A stretch of 64,000 nucleotides of DNA from Polyangiaceae bacterium (GTDB taxonomy: Bacteria; Myxococcota_A; Polyangia; Polyangiales; Polyangiaceae), in contig JAPSGB010000015.1 of assembly GCA_035063585.1 (NCBI GenBank), forward strand, positions 1-64,000, written 5' to 3'. Of this stretch, positions 10,556-20,896 are shown one piece after another. Within the stretch, counting starts at the first letter, position 1. Each line of letters opens with the position of its first letter. A model generated the notes under the pieces. It made no database searches. It was not told the origin of the DNA and saw only the letters and a list, made by a program, of their open reading frames with translations. The position numbers and the translations under genes are program-made.

Positions 10556-10637
10556 GTTGAAATCGCGAGTTCAAGCGGGAACTCCGCCCCCACGGCGTCG
10601 CGGCCTTCGGGCTCATCGCCGCTCGAGCTGAAATCGC
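10493..10637. repeat. 71-bp tandem duplication of the 3' end of the 9770..10555 gene
   Basis: 10493-10563 versus 10564-10634: 3 mismatches, and the TGA stop is CGA in the second copy. Confidence 0.9.
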
Positions 10638-10715
10638 CGGAGGCTCCCCCAATTCTTCGCAACTGGCGGGGGGGCTCGGCCGAACGCGCCCCTGTTCTTT
10701 CGAAAGGGGCGCAAA

Positions 10716-12182
10716 ATGCGATCGGCGAAGCTCGTTCTCTTCACTCTCTGGGCGGCCGCCAGCGCCGCTCTCTCTGCGGTCGGCTGCACGGGCGCGGATT
10801 CCTTCGAAAACTGCGCTGAGACCAAGACCTGCGCCGCCGCTGCGGGCGCGGACGCGGGGCTCTCCGACGGCGCCGCAGCCGGCGCGGCGGGCACGCTCGG
10901 GGCGGGGGGAGCCCCGTCGACGGGCGGGAGCGCGGGGCTGGGCGGCGCGGCCGGCGTGAGTGGCGCTGCCGGCGCGGCCGGCGTGAGTGGCGCTGCCGGC
11001 GCGGCCGGCGTGAGTGGCGCCGCCGGCGCGGCCGGCGTGAGTGGCGCCGGCGCCGCGGGCGCCGGCGGGAACGCTGGCGCTGCCGGTTCCGGTATCGTGC
11101 TGGCTACCCCGGGCAGCCCCTGCGCCAACGGCACCGAGTGCGCGAGCGGGCTCTGCACCGACGGCGTCTGCTGCACGACGAGCTGCGACGGCGCCTGCGA
11201 GCGCTGCGATCTCGCCGGGAGCGAGGGCACCTGCTCACCGGTGAAGACCGGCGAGGATCCCGACGGGGAGTGCGCGGCGACGCCGGGCACCTCCGCGCCC
11301 TGCGACGGCGCCTGCAACGGCAGCGGCGCGTGCGCCTATCCGGGCGCCGCGGTCCCTTGCGGCACGTCGACCTGCGCGAGCGGCACTCAGACGAACCCCG
11401 TCTGCGACGGCGCCGGCGCCTGCGCGCCGACCACCGCTTCCTGCAGTCCCTATGCCTGCGGCGCCACCGCGTGCAACACGAGCTGCACCAAGGACGCCCA
11501 CTGCGGCTCGGACTCCTGGTGCGACGGCGCAACGTGTCAACCGAAGCAGCCGAACAGCTCCCTCTGCGGCGCCCCGTCCCAGTGCTCGAGCGGGCATTGC
11601 CAGGGTGGCTTCTGCTGCAACCTGGCCTGCGCTTCCCCAAGCAACTGCGCCTCCGGCCAGTGCCGGTGCAACGGCGCGGTGTGCGCCGCCGGGCACTCCT
11701 GCATCACCTGGCACTACGACGCCGACGGCGACGGCTACGCGGGGACCTCCGCGACCAAGGACGTCCCGGGTTGCGACAACCTGCAGCCCGCGCCCATCAG
11801 CGGAAAGAAGTTCTACAAGACCGCCACCGACTGCGACGACGGCAACGCCGACGTGCACCCGGGCCAGACGGCGTGGTTCGACCAGGCCACCGCGAGAGGC
11901 TCCTGGGATTACGACTGTAGCGGAGCGAACGAGACGGAGTACCTGGTCACCTACGACCCGTCCGGCGGCCCGGCGTGTCGCCGGTGTCCTAGCACCCCCT
12001 TCTGCCCAATCTACTCACCCTACGGCTACACATGCTCCGGCTGCGTGGGGGATGTGGTGAAGGTCTTCAAGACGCTCATCGGCGGCAAGGTGATCGACTG
12101 TGGTACCAAGGCCACGCTTTCCAACTGCACGAGCACTGGAGCCGAGACGTCGACGCCGAACGTCACCCAGCGCTGCCACTGA
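10716..12182 (+). CDS. Cys-rich surface lipoprotein with myxobacterial DCDD..VHPG putative metal-binding motif
   Basis: AVGC lipobox, GA-rich linker, many Cys, DADGDGY and DCDDGNADVHPG...DYDCSG. Confidence 0.85.
   Translation: MRSAKLVLFTLWAAASAALSAVGCTGADSFENCAETKTCAAAAGADAGLSDGAAAGAAGTLGAGGAPSTGGSAGLGGAAGVSGAAGAAGVSGAAGAAGVSGAAGAAGVSGAGAAGAGGNAGAAGSGIVLATPGSPCANGTECASGLCTDGVCCTTSCDGACERCDLAGSEGTCSPVKTGEDPDGECAATPGTSAPCDGACNGSGACAYPGAAVPCGTSTCASGTQTNPVCDGAGACAPTTASCSPYACGATACNTSCTKDAHCGSDSWCDGATCQPKQPNSSLCGAPSQCSSGHCQGGFCCNLACASPSNCASGQCRCNGAVCAAGHSCITWHYDADGDGYAGTSATKDVPGCDNLQPAPISGKKFYKTATDCDDGNADVHPGQTAWFDQATARGSWDYDCSGANETEYLVTYDPSGGPACRRCPSTPFCPIYSPYGYTCSGCVGDVVKVFKTLIGGKVIDCGTKATLSNCTSTGAETSTPNVTQRCH
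10944..11048 (+). repeat. 27-bp coding tandem repeat (GAAGVSGAA), about 4 copies
   Basis: Unit GGCGCGGCCGGCGTGAGTGGCGCTGCC, directly visible. Confidence 0.9.
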
Positions 12183-12326
12183 CCTCCGGAGGGCGCGGGG
12201 CGCGTCACCTCGCCTTCTCGCCCCGCCCGAGCGCCAATTCCCTGCCCTCGCGGGCAGCGGCGTGGTACGGGCTCGCTGCCCCAGCACGCCCGAGCCGGGC
12301 CGCGCGGGGGCCCGGAGCTTACGGCC

Positions 12327-12995
12327 ATGAACGATTTTCTCGACATCCTCCTTCACCTCGACACCCACCTCGCCGGCTGGACGACCGCGCTCGGGCCGTG
12401 GACCTACGTCCTGCTCTTCGCGGTGATCTTCGCGGAGACGGGCCTGGTCGTCACGCCGTTCTTGCCGGGAGACAGCCTGCTCTTCGCGACCGGAGCGATC
12501 TGCGCGATCGACGGCTCGCCGCTCCACATCGGGGTGATGCTCGTGGTCCTCATCATCGCCGCGGTGCTCGGCGACGCGACCAACTACGCGGTCGGCACCC
12601 GGATCGGGCCGAAGGTGTTCAAGAGCGAGACGAGCTGGTGGATGAACAAGAAACACCTGCTCAAGGCGCAGCACTTCTACGAGAAGCACGGCGGAAAGAC
12701 CATCGTGCTCGCCCGCTTCATGCCCATCATCCGAACCTTCGCCCCCTTCGTGGCTGGCATCGGACAGATGACCTATCGGCGCTTCGCCCTCTTCAACGTG
12801 AGCGGCGGCGTCGCCTGGGTCACGTCCTTCCTCATCGCCGGCTTCTGGTTCGGCAACCTCGAGTGGGTGAAAAAGCAGTTCCACGTAGTAATCTTGGTGA
12901 TCATCGTGCTCTCGGTGCTGCCCGGCGTCGTCGAGTACCTGCGCTCGCGAAAGGACGAGCCGGCCAGCACGCCCCCTCGCGACGAGGCGATCTGA
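12327..12995 (+). CDS. dedA: DedA family membrane protein
   Basis: FAETGLVVTPFLPGDSLLF and GGKTIVLARFMPIIRTFAPFVAG. Confidence 0.95.
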   Translation: MNDFLDILLHLDTHLAGWTTALGPWTYVLLFAVIFAETGLVVTPFLPGDSLLFATGAICAIDGSPLHIGVMLVVLIIAAVLGDATNYAVGTRIGPKVFKSETSWWMNKKHLLKAQHFYEKHGGKTIVLARFMPIIRTFAPFVAGIGQMTYRRFALFNVSGGVAWVTSFLIAGFWFGNLEWVKKQFHVVILVIIVLSVLPGVVEYLRSRKDEPASTPPRDEAI

Positions 12996-13054
12996 GCTCC
13001 GCGCGGCGCTCGCCCTCACCGAGCGCCGCCACGACGCTCGCCCCGAGCGGGTGG

Positions 13055-15301
13055 CTACCGCCTCCGCGGCTTCGTGCCGCTACGCGGCGCGCGCGGAGGC
13101 GGAGCTTGCTCGCCGCGGCCGCGGCCGCGCCCCTTCCCGCCGGAGCGCGCGCGCGCCGGGCTCGCCGCCTCCGGCGCGACCCGCCGCCCGTAGACGGTGC
13201 GCCGCAAAATCGCGACGTCCTCGATGGTGACCCGGATGCGATCACCGAGGCTGATGAGCTCGCCCGAGCGCAGCCCGGCGACGCCGAGCTCGTCCTCGGT
13301 GATCTCGTAGCGATCCGGGCCCATCGCCTCGTAGAGCACGAGCACGTCCACGAACGGCGCGTCGAGCGAGACGAAGAGCCCGCTGCCGACCACCGCGGTC
13401 ACCGTCCCCTCGTACGTGTCGCCGATGTGCTCCCGCATGAAGAGCGCGCGGTAGAGGTCCACCACCTCGCGCTCGACGTCGGCGGCGGCGCGCTCGCGCG
13501 TGCTCGACGCGGTCGCGCTCGCGCGCAGGCTCTCGATCGCGGACGCGCTGGTGTCCGGCTTGCTACCGCGGAGGAGGCGCTTCACCGCGCGGTGCACCTC
13601 GATGTCCGGGTAACGCCGGATGGGCGAGGTGAAGTGCAAGTACGCCTCCGACGCCAAGCCGAAATGACCGATGTTGACGATGTCGTAGACGGCCTGCTTG
13701 AGCGAGCGGAGCAGCAGCATCTCGAGCACCGCCCGTCGCGGGTGCCCCTCGATGCGCTGGAGCCACTTTCCGACCCCGGCCGGCTCGAGCAGCTCCGCCA
13801 GATCGAACTCGACGCCGAGCTTCTCGGCGACCTCGCCGAGCCGCTCGAGCTTCTTCTCGTCGGGCCTGCCGTGCACCCGATACACGGTGGGCGCGCGCCG
13901 ATGACTCAGCCATTTCGCAACCAGCTCGTTGGCGAGGAGCATGAGCTCCTCGATCATCTGGTAAGCGCGCTTCACGCCGGGGTCGCGCGCGCGGCGCACC
14001 ACACCCTTCGGCGCGCCGGTCCGCTCGTCGAGCTCGACCCGCGCCTCGGGAAGGTCGAGGTCGAGCGCGCCCCGCTTCATGCGCGCGCGGCGGAGCTTGC
14101 GGGTGAGCTCGTCGAGCACCTTGAGATCTCGCTTGAACGCCTCGGCGGCCGGGCTCCGCGGCGGCTCCTCGGTGAACCCGAGCGCGCGCGCCACGCCGCC
14201 GTAGGTGAGCATCGCTGCCGAGCGAATGACGGCCTCGACCAGCTCGTATCTTACGACCTTACCGCCCTTGTCGAGCTCGGCGATGACGCACAGGGCGAGC
14301 CGCTCGCGCTCCGGCAAGAGCGAGCAGAGATCCGCGGCGAGCGCCGCCGGCAGCATCGGGATCGCGCGATCCGGCAGGTAGATGGTGCAGCCGCGGGCGG
14401 CCGCCTCCTCGTCGAGCGCGCTGCCCGGCTGGACGTACTCGCTCACGTCGGCGATGGCGACGTAGGCGCGATACCCCTCGCCGCTCCTCTCGACCCACAC
14501 CGCGTCGTCGTGGTCGCGCGCGTCCTCGGGATCGATGGTCGGCAAGGGAACGCCGCGCAGGTCGACCCGCCCCTCGAGCGACAGGCGCTGCAGCCGCGCG
14601 GCCATCGCCTCGGCCTCGCGCACCGCGCCCTCCGAGTGCTCCTCCTCGATCTGCTCGCGCACCAGGATCTTCGCGACCTCGGCGTTGGGCTCGCCCGGCG
14701 CGCCGAGGATGGCGAGCAGCTCGCCCTCGGGGTTCTCGTTCGCGTAGGCGGGGAACCGCGTGATGGTCGCCACCGCCGCGTCACCGTCCTTGCCGCCGCG
14801 CGCGCCGCCGAGCGTGATGGGGCCGCGCAGGCGCGCGTCGTCGGGCTCGAGCCACGCGCTCTTGCCGCGCCGGCGGAGCACGCCCGCCACGCGCGGGCTC
14901 CGGCGCTTGACGATCTCCTCGATGCGCCCCTCGACGCCGCGCGGCGTCCGCGCGATGACGGCGACCCGCACCTGATCGCCGTGAAGCGCGGCGCCGATCC
15001 CGTCGGGCGCGACGTACACGTCGTCTTGGCCGACGGCGGTGACGAAGCCGAAGCCCCGCGGATTCACCGACAAGACGCCCTCCCACGTCCCCCGTTGGGC
15101 ATCGTCCGGGCGCGCGAGGTAGCGCCGCCCGACCCGTTTGACCGATCGGTCAAACACGAGCTGGTCGAGCAGCTCGAGGAGTCGCGGGTACGACCCCTCG
15201 GCGACCCCGCAGGCCTCGGCGACCTCTCGCGCATGCAGCGGTCGTCCGGCGGCCTCGAGACAGCCGACGATTTCGCCGCGAGACGGCAGTGGTTGCGCCA
15301 T
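13055..15301 (-). CDS. rnr: Ribonuclease R
   Basis: Cold-shock GFGFV, catalytic TIDPEDARDHDDA, HFGLA, HFTSPIRRYPD, S1 domain, basic tail. Alternative start 15316. Confidence 0.95.
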   Translation of the reverse strand: MAQPLPSRGEIVGCLEAAGRPLHAREVAEACGVAEGSYPRLLELLDQLVFDRSVKRVGRRYLARPDDAQRGTWEGVLSVNPRGFGFVTAVGQDDVYVAPDGIGAALHGDQVRVAVIARTPRGVEGRIEEIVKRRSPRVAGVLRRRGKSAWLEPDDARLRGPITLGGARGGKDGDAAVATITRFPAYANENPEGELLAILGAPGEPNAEVAKILVREQIEEEHSEGAVREAEAMAARLQRLSLEGRVDLRGVPLPTIDPEDARDHDDAVWVERSGEGYRAYVAIADVSEYVQPGSALDEEAAARGCTIYLPDRAIPMLPAALAADLCSLLPERERLALCVIAELDKGGKVVRYELVEAVIRSAAMLTYGGVARALGFTEEPPRSPAAEAFKRDLKVLDELTRKLRRARMKRGALDLDLPEARVELDERTGAPKGVVRRARDPGVKRAYQMIEELMLLANELVAKWLSHRRAPTVYRVHGRPDEKKLERLGEVAEKLGVEFDLAELLEPAGVGKWLQRIEGHPRRAVLEMLLLRSLKQAVYDIVNIGHFGLASEAYLHFTSPIRRYPDIEVHRAVKRLLRGSKPDTSASAIESLRASATASSTRERAAADVEREVVDLYRALFMREHIGDTYEGTVTAVVGSGLFVSLDAPFVDVLVLYEAMGPDRYEITEDELGVAGLRSGELISLGDRIRVTIEDVAILRRTVYGRRVAPEAASPARARSGGKGRGRGRGEQAPPPRAPRSGTKPRRR

Positions 15302-15366
15302 GGCGTCGCCGGTCATAGCCCAGGCAGGCCTCGGCCGTCCCGAGGTATCGTCCCCGAAGGCTCCCC

Positions 15367-16524
15367 GTGCGCGCTGCTCACACGCTCGACCTGCTCCGCT
15401 TGGCCTGCCTGACTGCCCTGGTGGCGAGCGCGGCGCTCTACGTCGACTACGCGACGCTGAACCCGGCCTTCTGCACCGCCGCAGACTCCGGCTGCGGCGC
15501 GGTCCGCCACAGCGGCTTCGGCTACCTTCCTCTCGGCGGCGTCGGGATTCCGGTCCCGGCGCTCGGCCTGGCCGGGTTCTCGTCCCTCTTCGCGGCGTCG
15601 CTCTTCGGCGCGCTCGCGCTCCGCCGAAGGTTGGTGCTCGCCCTCGGGTTGGTAGGCGGCGCGGCCGGCGTCGGGCTCTTCCTGCTACAGGCGGTCGCGA
15701 TCGGCCGGTTCTGCGAGATCTGCCTGGTCGCGGACGGCGCGGCCGTGGTCGCCGGCGCGGCAGCCGTGCTCTTTCATCGCGCGAGCTCGCACGAGGCCGC
15801 CGTGGAGCCCGGCGCGCTCGCGCGCTGGGCCTGGCTCACGCTCGGCGCGCTCGCGATCGCCGCGCCCCTCCTCTGGCCGCGCGTGCGCCCGCGCCCGCCG
15901 GTCCCGCCCGGGATCGCGGCCTACTACCAGCCCGGCAAGATCAACGTGGTCGAGTTCGCGGACTTCGGCTGCCCCTTCTGCCGGATGCTCCACCCGCGGC
16001 TCGCCAAGCTGGTCGCCGCCTACCCGGGCAAGGTGAATTTCGTGCGGCTCAACTTGCCGTTGCCTCAGCACGCGGGCGCCCGCGACGCCGCGCGCGCGTA
16101 TCTCTGCGCCGAGGCGCAGCAGCGGGGCGACCAGCTCGCCGACCGCCTCTTCGAGGCCGACGAGCTCGGCCCCGCGGCGAACCGCCGGCTCGCCGTCGAG
16201 CTCGGCCTCGACGCGGACGCCTTCGATCGCTGCGTCGCGGCCCCGGCCACCGACGCCACCATCGACCGCCAGACCCAGCTCCTCCGCGCCGCCGGCTTCC
16301 AAGGCCTGCCGACCACCTACGTCGGCGCCGCGCAGATCATCGGCGCGCAGCCCGACGAGGTGTTCCGCAAGGCCTTCGACGAGGCCGAGCGCGGCGACGC
16401 CGCCCGCGGAGTCCCCGGAGCCCTGTACGCGCTGCTCGCGCTCCTCGCTGCCGCGGGCGTCGCTGCGGCGGGCCGCCGCAAGCCCGCTCCCGCGAGCCGG
16501 ACCGCGCCCCCGCCGAGCGCCTGA
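15367..16524 (+). CDS. VKOR-family disulfide oxidase fused to a DsbA-like thioredoxin domain
   Basis: N-terminal Cys pair CTAADSGC, VKOR CEIC, then VVEFADFGCPFC, NLPLPQH and GLPT (cis-Pro). Confidence 0.85.
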   Translation: MRAAHTLDLLRLACLTALVASAALYVDYATLNPAFCTAADSGCGAVRHSGFGYLPLGGVGIPVPALGLAGFSSLFAASLFGALALRRRLVLALGLVGGAAGVGLFLLQAVAIGRFCEICLVADGAAVVAGAAAVLFHRASSHEAAVEPGALARWAWLTLGALAIAAPLLWPRVRPRPPVPPGIAAYYQPGKINVVEFADFGCPFCRMLHPRLAKLVAAYPGKVNFVRLNLPLPQHAGARDAARAYLCAEAQQRGDQLADRLFEADELGPAANRRLAVELGLDADAFDRCVAAPATDATIDRQTQLLRAAGFQGLPTTYVGAAQIIGAQPDEVFRKAFDEAERGDAARGVPGALYALLALLAAAGVAAAGRRKPAPASRTAPPPSA

Positions 16525-16612
16525 GCCGCGGCGCCGGCCGCGCCGCCCCGACCCACGCCCCCGCGCCACCGGACCCCCTTGGGCCCCGCGCGCGGAGGGG
16601 CTATGCTTCGCC

Positions 16613-17782
16613 ATGGAACACACGAACCCTGCCCTCGCGTCGCCTGCGGATGGTGACGCTCCCCGCGCGTCGGTCCCGCTCGAGATCTTCAAGGCGCTGC
16701 CGAAGACCGACCTCCACGTCCACCTCGATGGCTCGCTCCGGCTCGAGACCATCCTCGAGCTCGCCGAGGAGGGCGGCATCGAGCTGCCCTCGAACACGCT
16801 CGAGGGGCTCCGCGCCGCCATCGGCTGCGGGAAGGACTTCGGCTCGCTGGTCGAGTACCTGCGCGGGTTCGAGATCACGTTGCGCGTGCTGCAGACGGAG
16901 GCGGCGCTCGAGCGCGTCGCGTTCGAGCTCGCGGAGGACGCGCATCGCGAGAATGTTCGCTACATGGAAGTCCGCTACGCGCCCATGCTGCACACGCAGC
17001 GCGGTCTCAAGCTCACCAAGGTGGTCGAGGCGGTGCTCGACGGCCTGCGTCGCGCCCGCGAGACGTACGGCATCAAGGCGAACGTCATCGTCTGCGGCAT
17101 CCGCAACATCTCGCCCGAGTCGAGCTACGAGATGGCCGAGCTCGCGGTCGCCTACAAGGGCCGCGGCGTGGTCGGCTTCGATCTCGCGGGCGCCGAGTAT
17201 GATCACCCGGCCAAGCACCATCGCGCCGCGTTCCAGCTGGTGCGAGACAACAACATCAACACCACCATCCACGCCGGTGAGGCGTACGGCCCGGAGTCGA
17301 TCGCGCAGGCGATCCACGTCTGCGGCGCGCACCGCATCGGGCACGGGGTCCGACTACGAGAGAACGGCGACTTGCTCCACTACGTGAACGATCACCGCAT
17401 CCCGCTCGAGTGCTGCCCGTCGAGCAACGTGCAGACGGGCGCGGTGAAGGAGCTCGGCTCGCACCCGCTCAAGTTCTATTTCGACCTCGGCCTCCGCGTG
17501 ACGGTGAACACCGACAACCGGCTCATCACCGACACCAGCGTCTCGAAGGAGCTCTGGCTCGTGCACACCGCGCTCGGCGTGCCCTTCCGCGACATCAAGA
17601 GCATCATCCTCGCCGGCTTCAAATCGAGCTTTCAGCCGTTCCACGAGAAGCAGGCGGCGCTCCGCCGCGTGGTCGCGGAGCTCGACCGCTACGACGACGA
17701 CGGCAACCCGCGCCCGGCCGCCGGCCCGTCGCCCCTCGGCTCTCGCCCGCGCGCGAGCGCCGAGGTCCTCCGCGCCCCTTAG
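16613..17782 (+). CDS. add: Adenosine deaminase
   Basis: [42 protein letters not shown]. Confidence 0.95.
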   Translation: MEHTNPALASPADGDAPRASVPLEIFKALPKTDLHVHLDGSLRLETILELAEEGGIELPSNTLEGLRAAIGCGKDFGSLVEYLRGFEITLRVLQTEAALERVAFELAEDAHRENVRYMEVRYAPMLHTQRGLKLTKVVEAVLDGLRRARETYGIKANVIVCGIRNISPESSYEMAELAVAYKGRGVVGFDLAGAEYDHPAKHHRAAFQLVRDNNINTTIHAGEAYGPESIAQAIHVCGAHRIGHGVRLRENGDLLHYVNDHRIPLECCPSSNVQTGAVKELGSHPLKFYFDLGLRVTVNTDNRLITDTSVSKELWLVHTALGVPFRDIKSIILAGFKSSFQPFHEKQAALRRVVAELDRYDDDGNPRPAAGPSPLGSRPRASAEVLRAP

Positions 17783-18732
17783 AAGGAAATCCCCGCGCGG
17801 ACGTCCCCCTCCATGGCTGCCTCGAGCACCTCGACGGCGCGGTCGAGCTCCTTCGACTGCGCCTCGGGGAGCCGGATCATGAACCTGACGTAGAGATCGC
17901 CGGCCTTGTCCTTCCGCTTCACGCCCTTGCCCTTGAGCCGCACGGCCTGTCCGCTCTGCGCGCGCTTCGGCACGGTGAGCGTGACCTCCCCGTAGGGCGT
18001 CGGCACCGGCACCTTCGCGCCGCGGTACGCCTCGCCGATGGTGATCGGCAAGGAGAGCCTGAGATCGAGCCCCTCACGCTCGAAGTAGGGATGCGGAGAG
18101 ACGCGGATGGTGAGCACCAGATCGCCGGCGGCACCGCCCGACGCCCCCGGCGCGCCGTGCCCGGGCACCCGCACCTTGTCGCCGTCGCCAGCGCCCGGCG
18201 GCACGCGCACGGTGACCTCGTCGCCGCCGTCCTGCACGCGCAGCGTGAGCGCCGCGCCGTGAATCGCCGAGACGAAATCGACCGTGACCTCGCTGGTCAC
18301 GTCCGACCCCTTCGCGGCCCGCCCGCGACCGCCACCGCGGCCGCCGAACAGATCGCCGAACAGATCGCCGAAGCCGCCGGCGTTGCCGCCGCCGCCGAAG
18401 AGCTCCTCGACGTTGAAGGACGTCCCCCCGCCCCCGCGACTGGTCCGCACGCGCCCGCGCGAGCTGGTCGCGCGGCGGTAGGCGCGCGCCGCCTCCGGGT
18501 CGAAGCCCTCGCGGAGCCCCTCCTCGCCGAACTCGTCGTAGATCTTCCGCTGCTTCGCGTCCCCGAGCACCTGATAGGCGCGGTTCACGCCCTTGAAGCG
18601 CGCCTCGACGCGCTGGTCGTTCGGGTTCCGATCCGGATGGAGCTTGGCCGCGAGCTTGCGGTACGCCTTCTTGATGTCCTCCGCGCTCGCGTCGCGCGCG
18701 ACTCCGAGCTCGGCGTAAAAGTCTGTCGCCAT
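17779..18732 (-). CDS. DnaJ-class chaperone lacking the Zn finger (CbpA-like)
   Basis: [11 protein letters not shown]...[16 protein letters not shown]-domain, G/F-rich linker, C-terminal GDL motifs, no CxxCxGxG. Confidence 0.92.
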   Translation of the reverse strand: MATDFYAELGVARDASAEDIKKAYRKLAAKLHPDRNPNDQRVEARFKGVNRAYQVLGDAKQRKIYDEFGEEGLREGFDPEAARAYRRATSSRGRVRTSRGGGGTSFNVEELFGGGGNAGGFGDLFGDLFGGRGGGRGRAAKGSDVTSEVTVDFVSAIHGAALTLRVQDGGDEVTVRVPPGAGDGDKVRVPGHGAPGASGGAAGDLVLTIRVSPHPYFEREGLDLRLSLPITIGEAYRGAKVPVPTPYGEVTLTVPKRAQSGQAVRLKGKGVKRKDKAGDLYVRFMIRLPEAQSKELDRAVEVLEAAMEGDVRAGISF

Positions 18733-18739
18733 ACCTCGC

Positions 18740-19654
18740 TCACAAGCTAGATACGCGCGGCCGCGCCCGCAAGCGGCGCGCCCCGCGGATGCCCGCCCGC
18801 CCGCGCGGCAGCGGGCGACAGGTGACCACGAGCGAGTCGACCGTCTGATCGGGGGGAGCCGCGGTGAAATCCGCGGTGAACGCGATGTCGCCGAAACCCG
18901 CGTAGTAGAGCAGGGCCTCGAGCTCACGCGGGAACCACTGCCGGTGCACGAGCGGCACCGACCACGGCGCGCCGCCGCCTTCCGGCGTGAACTCGAGGTG
19001 TACGAGCAAGAGCTGCCGCACCGGATCGTACTCGAAGCGCTCCGCGTAGCGGACCAGCTCACCGGTCGTCGGGTGCCGAAAGCGCGGCGCGCCGTAGCGT
19101 CGCTCGGGGTCGCGCGCGAGATCCTCGCCGTGCGGCACCGCGACGTCGAAGACGAGCCGCCCCCGCGCCGTCGAGTGCTCGCGCACGCGCGCGAGGAACG
19201 CCTCGAAATCGACGCGATCATAGAGGTGCATCACCGTGTTGAAGGCGGCGATGACCAGCGGGAAGCGGCGCTCGAGGCGGAGCGTGCGCATGTCGCCGCG
19301 GACGAGCTCCACCCGCCTCCGCACCGCGGGCGGCTCGTCGGCGAGCGCGGCCCGGAGCCGCTCGAGCATCGGCGCCGACAAGTCGGTCGCGACCACGCGT
19401 CTCCCCGAGCGCGCGAGCGCGAGCGTCACCCGCCCGCTGCCCGCCCCGTACTCGAGCACCGGGCCGCGCACCGCCGACGCGAGCTTCACATAGTAGTCGA
19501 CGTCCGCCTGTCGCGCGCGATACGCGAGCTCGTAATAGGTCGGGTCCGCGTAGTGCGCGAGCGTGGCCGCGTCGCCCGCGCGCCCGACGTCATCGACGCC
19601 GAGCGCGCCCGGGCGCACCGCGCCCGGCGGGCGGCGGCTCTTCGCGCGCGTCAC
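18740..19654 (-). CDS. Class I SAM-dependent methyltransferase
   Basis: [19 protein letters not shown] and GDMR motifs. Confidence 0.88.
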   Translation of the reverse strand: MTRAKSRRPPGAVRPGALGVDDVGRAGDAATLAHYADPTYYELAYRARQADVDYYVKLASAVRGPVLEYGAGSGRVTLALARSGRRVVATDLSAPMLERLRAALADEPPAVRRRVELVRGDMRTLRLERRFPLVIAAFNTVMHLYDRVDFEAFLARVREHSTARGRLVFDVAVPHGEDLARDPERRYGAPRFRHPTTGELVRYAERFEYDPVRQLLLVHLEFTPEGGGAPWSVPLVHRQWFPRELEALLYYAGFGDIAFTADFTAAPPDQTVDSLVVTCRPLPRGRAGIRGARRLRARPRVSSL

Positions 19655-19656
19655 GC

Positions 19657-19899
19657 TCAGGAGTCGTAGCGCTTGGCGAGCTCGGCGATGTACTCGGCCA
19701 CCACCTCGGAGCTGTCGCGGTGATAGCGGACCTTGCCGTCCGCGATCTCGCGCAGCGCGGTGACCGCCGCCTTGTTCTTGCTGTTCACGAGCGAGCGTGA
19801 GCCCTTCATGATCGCGCGGGTCCGCGTCGCCGCGAGCACCACCAGCGCGAAACGGTTCTCTTCATGCTCGAGACAATCTTCGACGGTGACGCGCGCCAT
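19657..19899 (-). CDS. rpoZ: RNA polymerase omega subunit
   Basis: MARVTVEDCL..ENRFALV..NKAAVTALREIA; GAGGAG RBS. Confidence 0.97.
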   Translation of the reverse strand: MARVTVEDCLEHEENRFALVVLAATRTRAIMKGSRSLVNSKNKAAVTALREIADGKVRYHRDSSEVVAEYIAELAKRYDS

Positions 19900-20105
19900 G
19901 GCTCCTCGTTCGTTTGGGGGCCGTAACCCTACTCAATCTCCGGCCGCTCGGCAACTCGGCCGAGAACCCTGGAAACTCTATGATCTTGCCGGTCCGGCGC
20001 GGAGCCCCGCGGCCCGCCTCGCGCGGCTTCGCGCCGGACCGGCATCATCCCTCTGGACATGCGTTCGGCGCTCTTCCATCGTGGAGCCCCTGGAGGCACA
20101 CCTCG

Positions 20106-20672
20106 ATGATCCGATTCCGCGACCTGATGCTGGTTCTCCCCCTCACGGTGGCAGGCGCCGTCGCCGCTTGCGGCGGCGCGCAGCCCGAGGCCGCCGCGCC
20201 CGCGCCCGCACCCGCGCCCGCACCCGCGCCGGCGCCCGAGCCGCCCCCGCCGGCCCCCGAGCCGCCGCCGGAAGCGGTCGCGCCGCCCGAAGCGCCGAAG
20301 CCGCTCACCTGGAATGACCTCACGGATCACGACGCCAAGGCGAAGTTCATGCACGACCACGTGATGCCGCGCATGACGGAGGTCTTTCAGGCGTTCGACG
20401 CCAAGCGCTACGCGACCGTGACCTGCGTGACGTGCCACGGCAAGGGCGCGAAGGAGGGGAAGTTCGAGATGCCGAACCCGGCGCTCCCGCACCTCGACCC
20501 GACCGGGGATTTCGCCAAGCACATGAAGAAGAACGCCAAGATGACCAAGTTCATGATGGAACAGGTCGTGCCGGAGATGACCAAGATCCTCGGCGTCGAG
20601 CCCTACAACCCCGAGACACACCAGGGCTTCGGCTGCGGCAACTGCCACGTCATGGAGATGCCGAAGAAGTAG
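20106..20672 (+). CDS. Dihaem c-type cytochrome lipoprotein
   Basis: VAAC lipobox, Pro/Ala linker, two CxxCH motifs (CVTCH, CGNCH), each preceded by a Met-rich helix. Confidence 0.8.
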   Translation: MIRFRDLMLVLPLTVAGAVAACGGAQPEAAAPAPAPAPAPAPAPEPPPPAPEPPPEAVAPPEAPKPLTWNDLTDHDAKAKFMHDHVMPRMTEVFQAFDAKRYATVTCVTCHGKGAKEGKFEMPNPALPHLDPTGDFAKHMKKNAKMTKFMMEQVVPEMTKILGVEPYNPETHQGFGCGNCHVMEMPKK

Positions 20673-20688
20673 CGCGAGCCCGAGCGGG

Positions 20689-20775
20689 CGGAGGAGGAGG
20701 GATTCGAACCCCCGGTACCCTTACGGGTACGCCAGTTTTCAAGACTGGTGCCTTCGACCGCTCGGCCACTCCTCC
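20689..20775 (-). tRNA. tRNA-Ser(UGA), long variable arm, CCA not encoded
   Basis: GGAGGAG acceptor stem, D-arm TGGCCGAGCGGTCGAAGGC, anticodon stem CCAGT/ACTGG with loop CTTGAAA, variable arm GTACCC/GGGTAC, T-loop TTCGAAT. Confidence 0.97.
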
Positions 20776-20896
20776 AGAGACGCCGGTACCTCTAGCACGA
20801 ACTTCTCACTGGCGGACGCGCGAGCATTGACGCGCGGGGGGAGATCGCGAAAAGCTCCGGCCTCCCCCGCGCGTCGGCCGACCGATTGGAGCTCCG

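Noticed and set aside
12032..15412. 1126-aa plus-strand ORF and similar long Arg/Ala-rich ORFs throughout the track
   Set aside because: Shadow frames of real genes (here dedA and rnr), expected in very GC-rich DNA; no recognisable motifs.
20689..20775. tRNA-Ser as an integration site for an island
   Set aside because: No duplicate of its 3' end and no adjacent integrase seen in the window.
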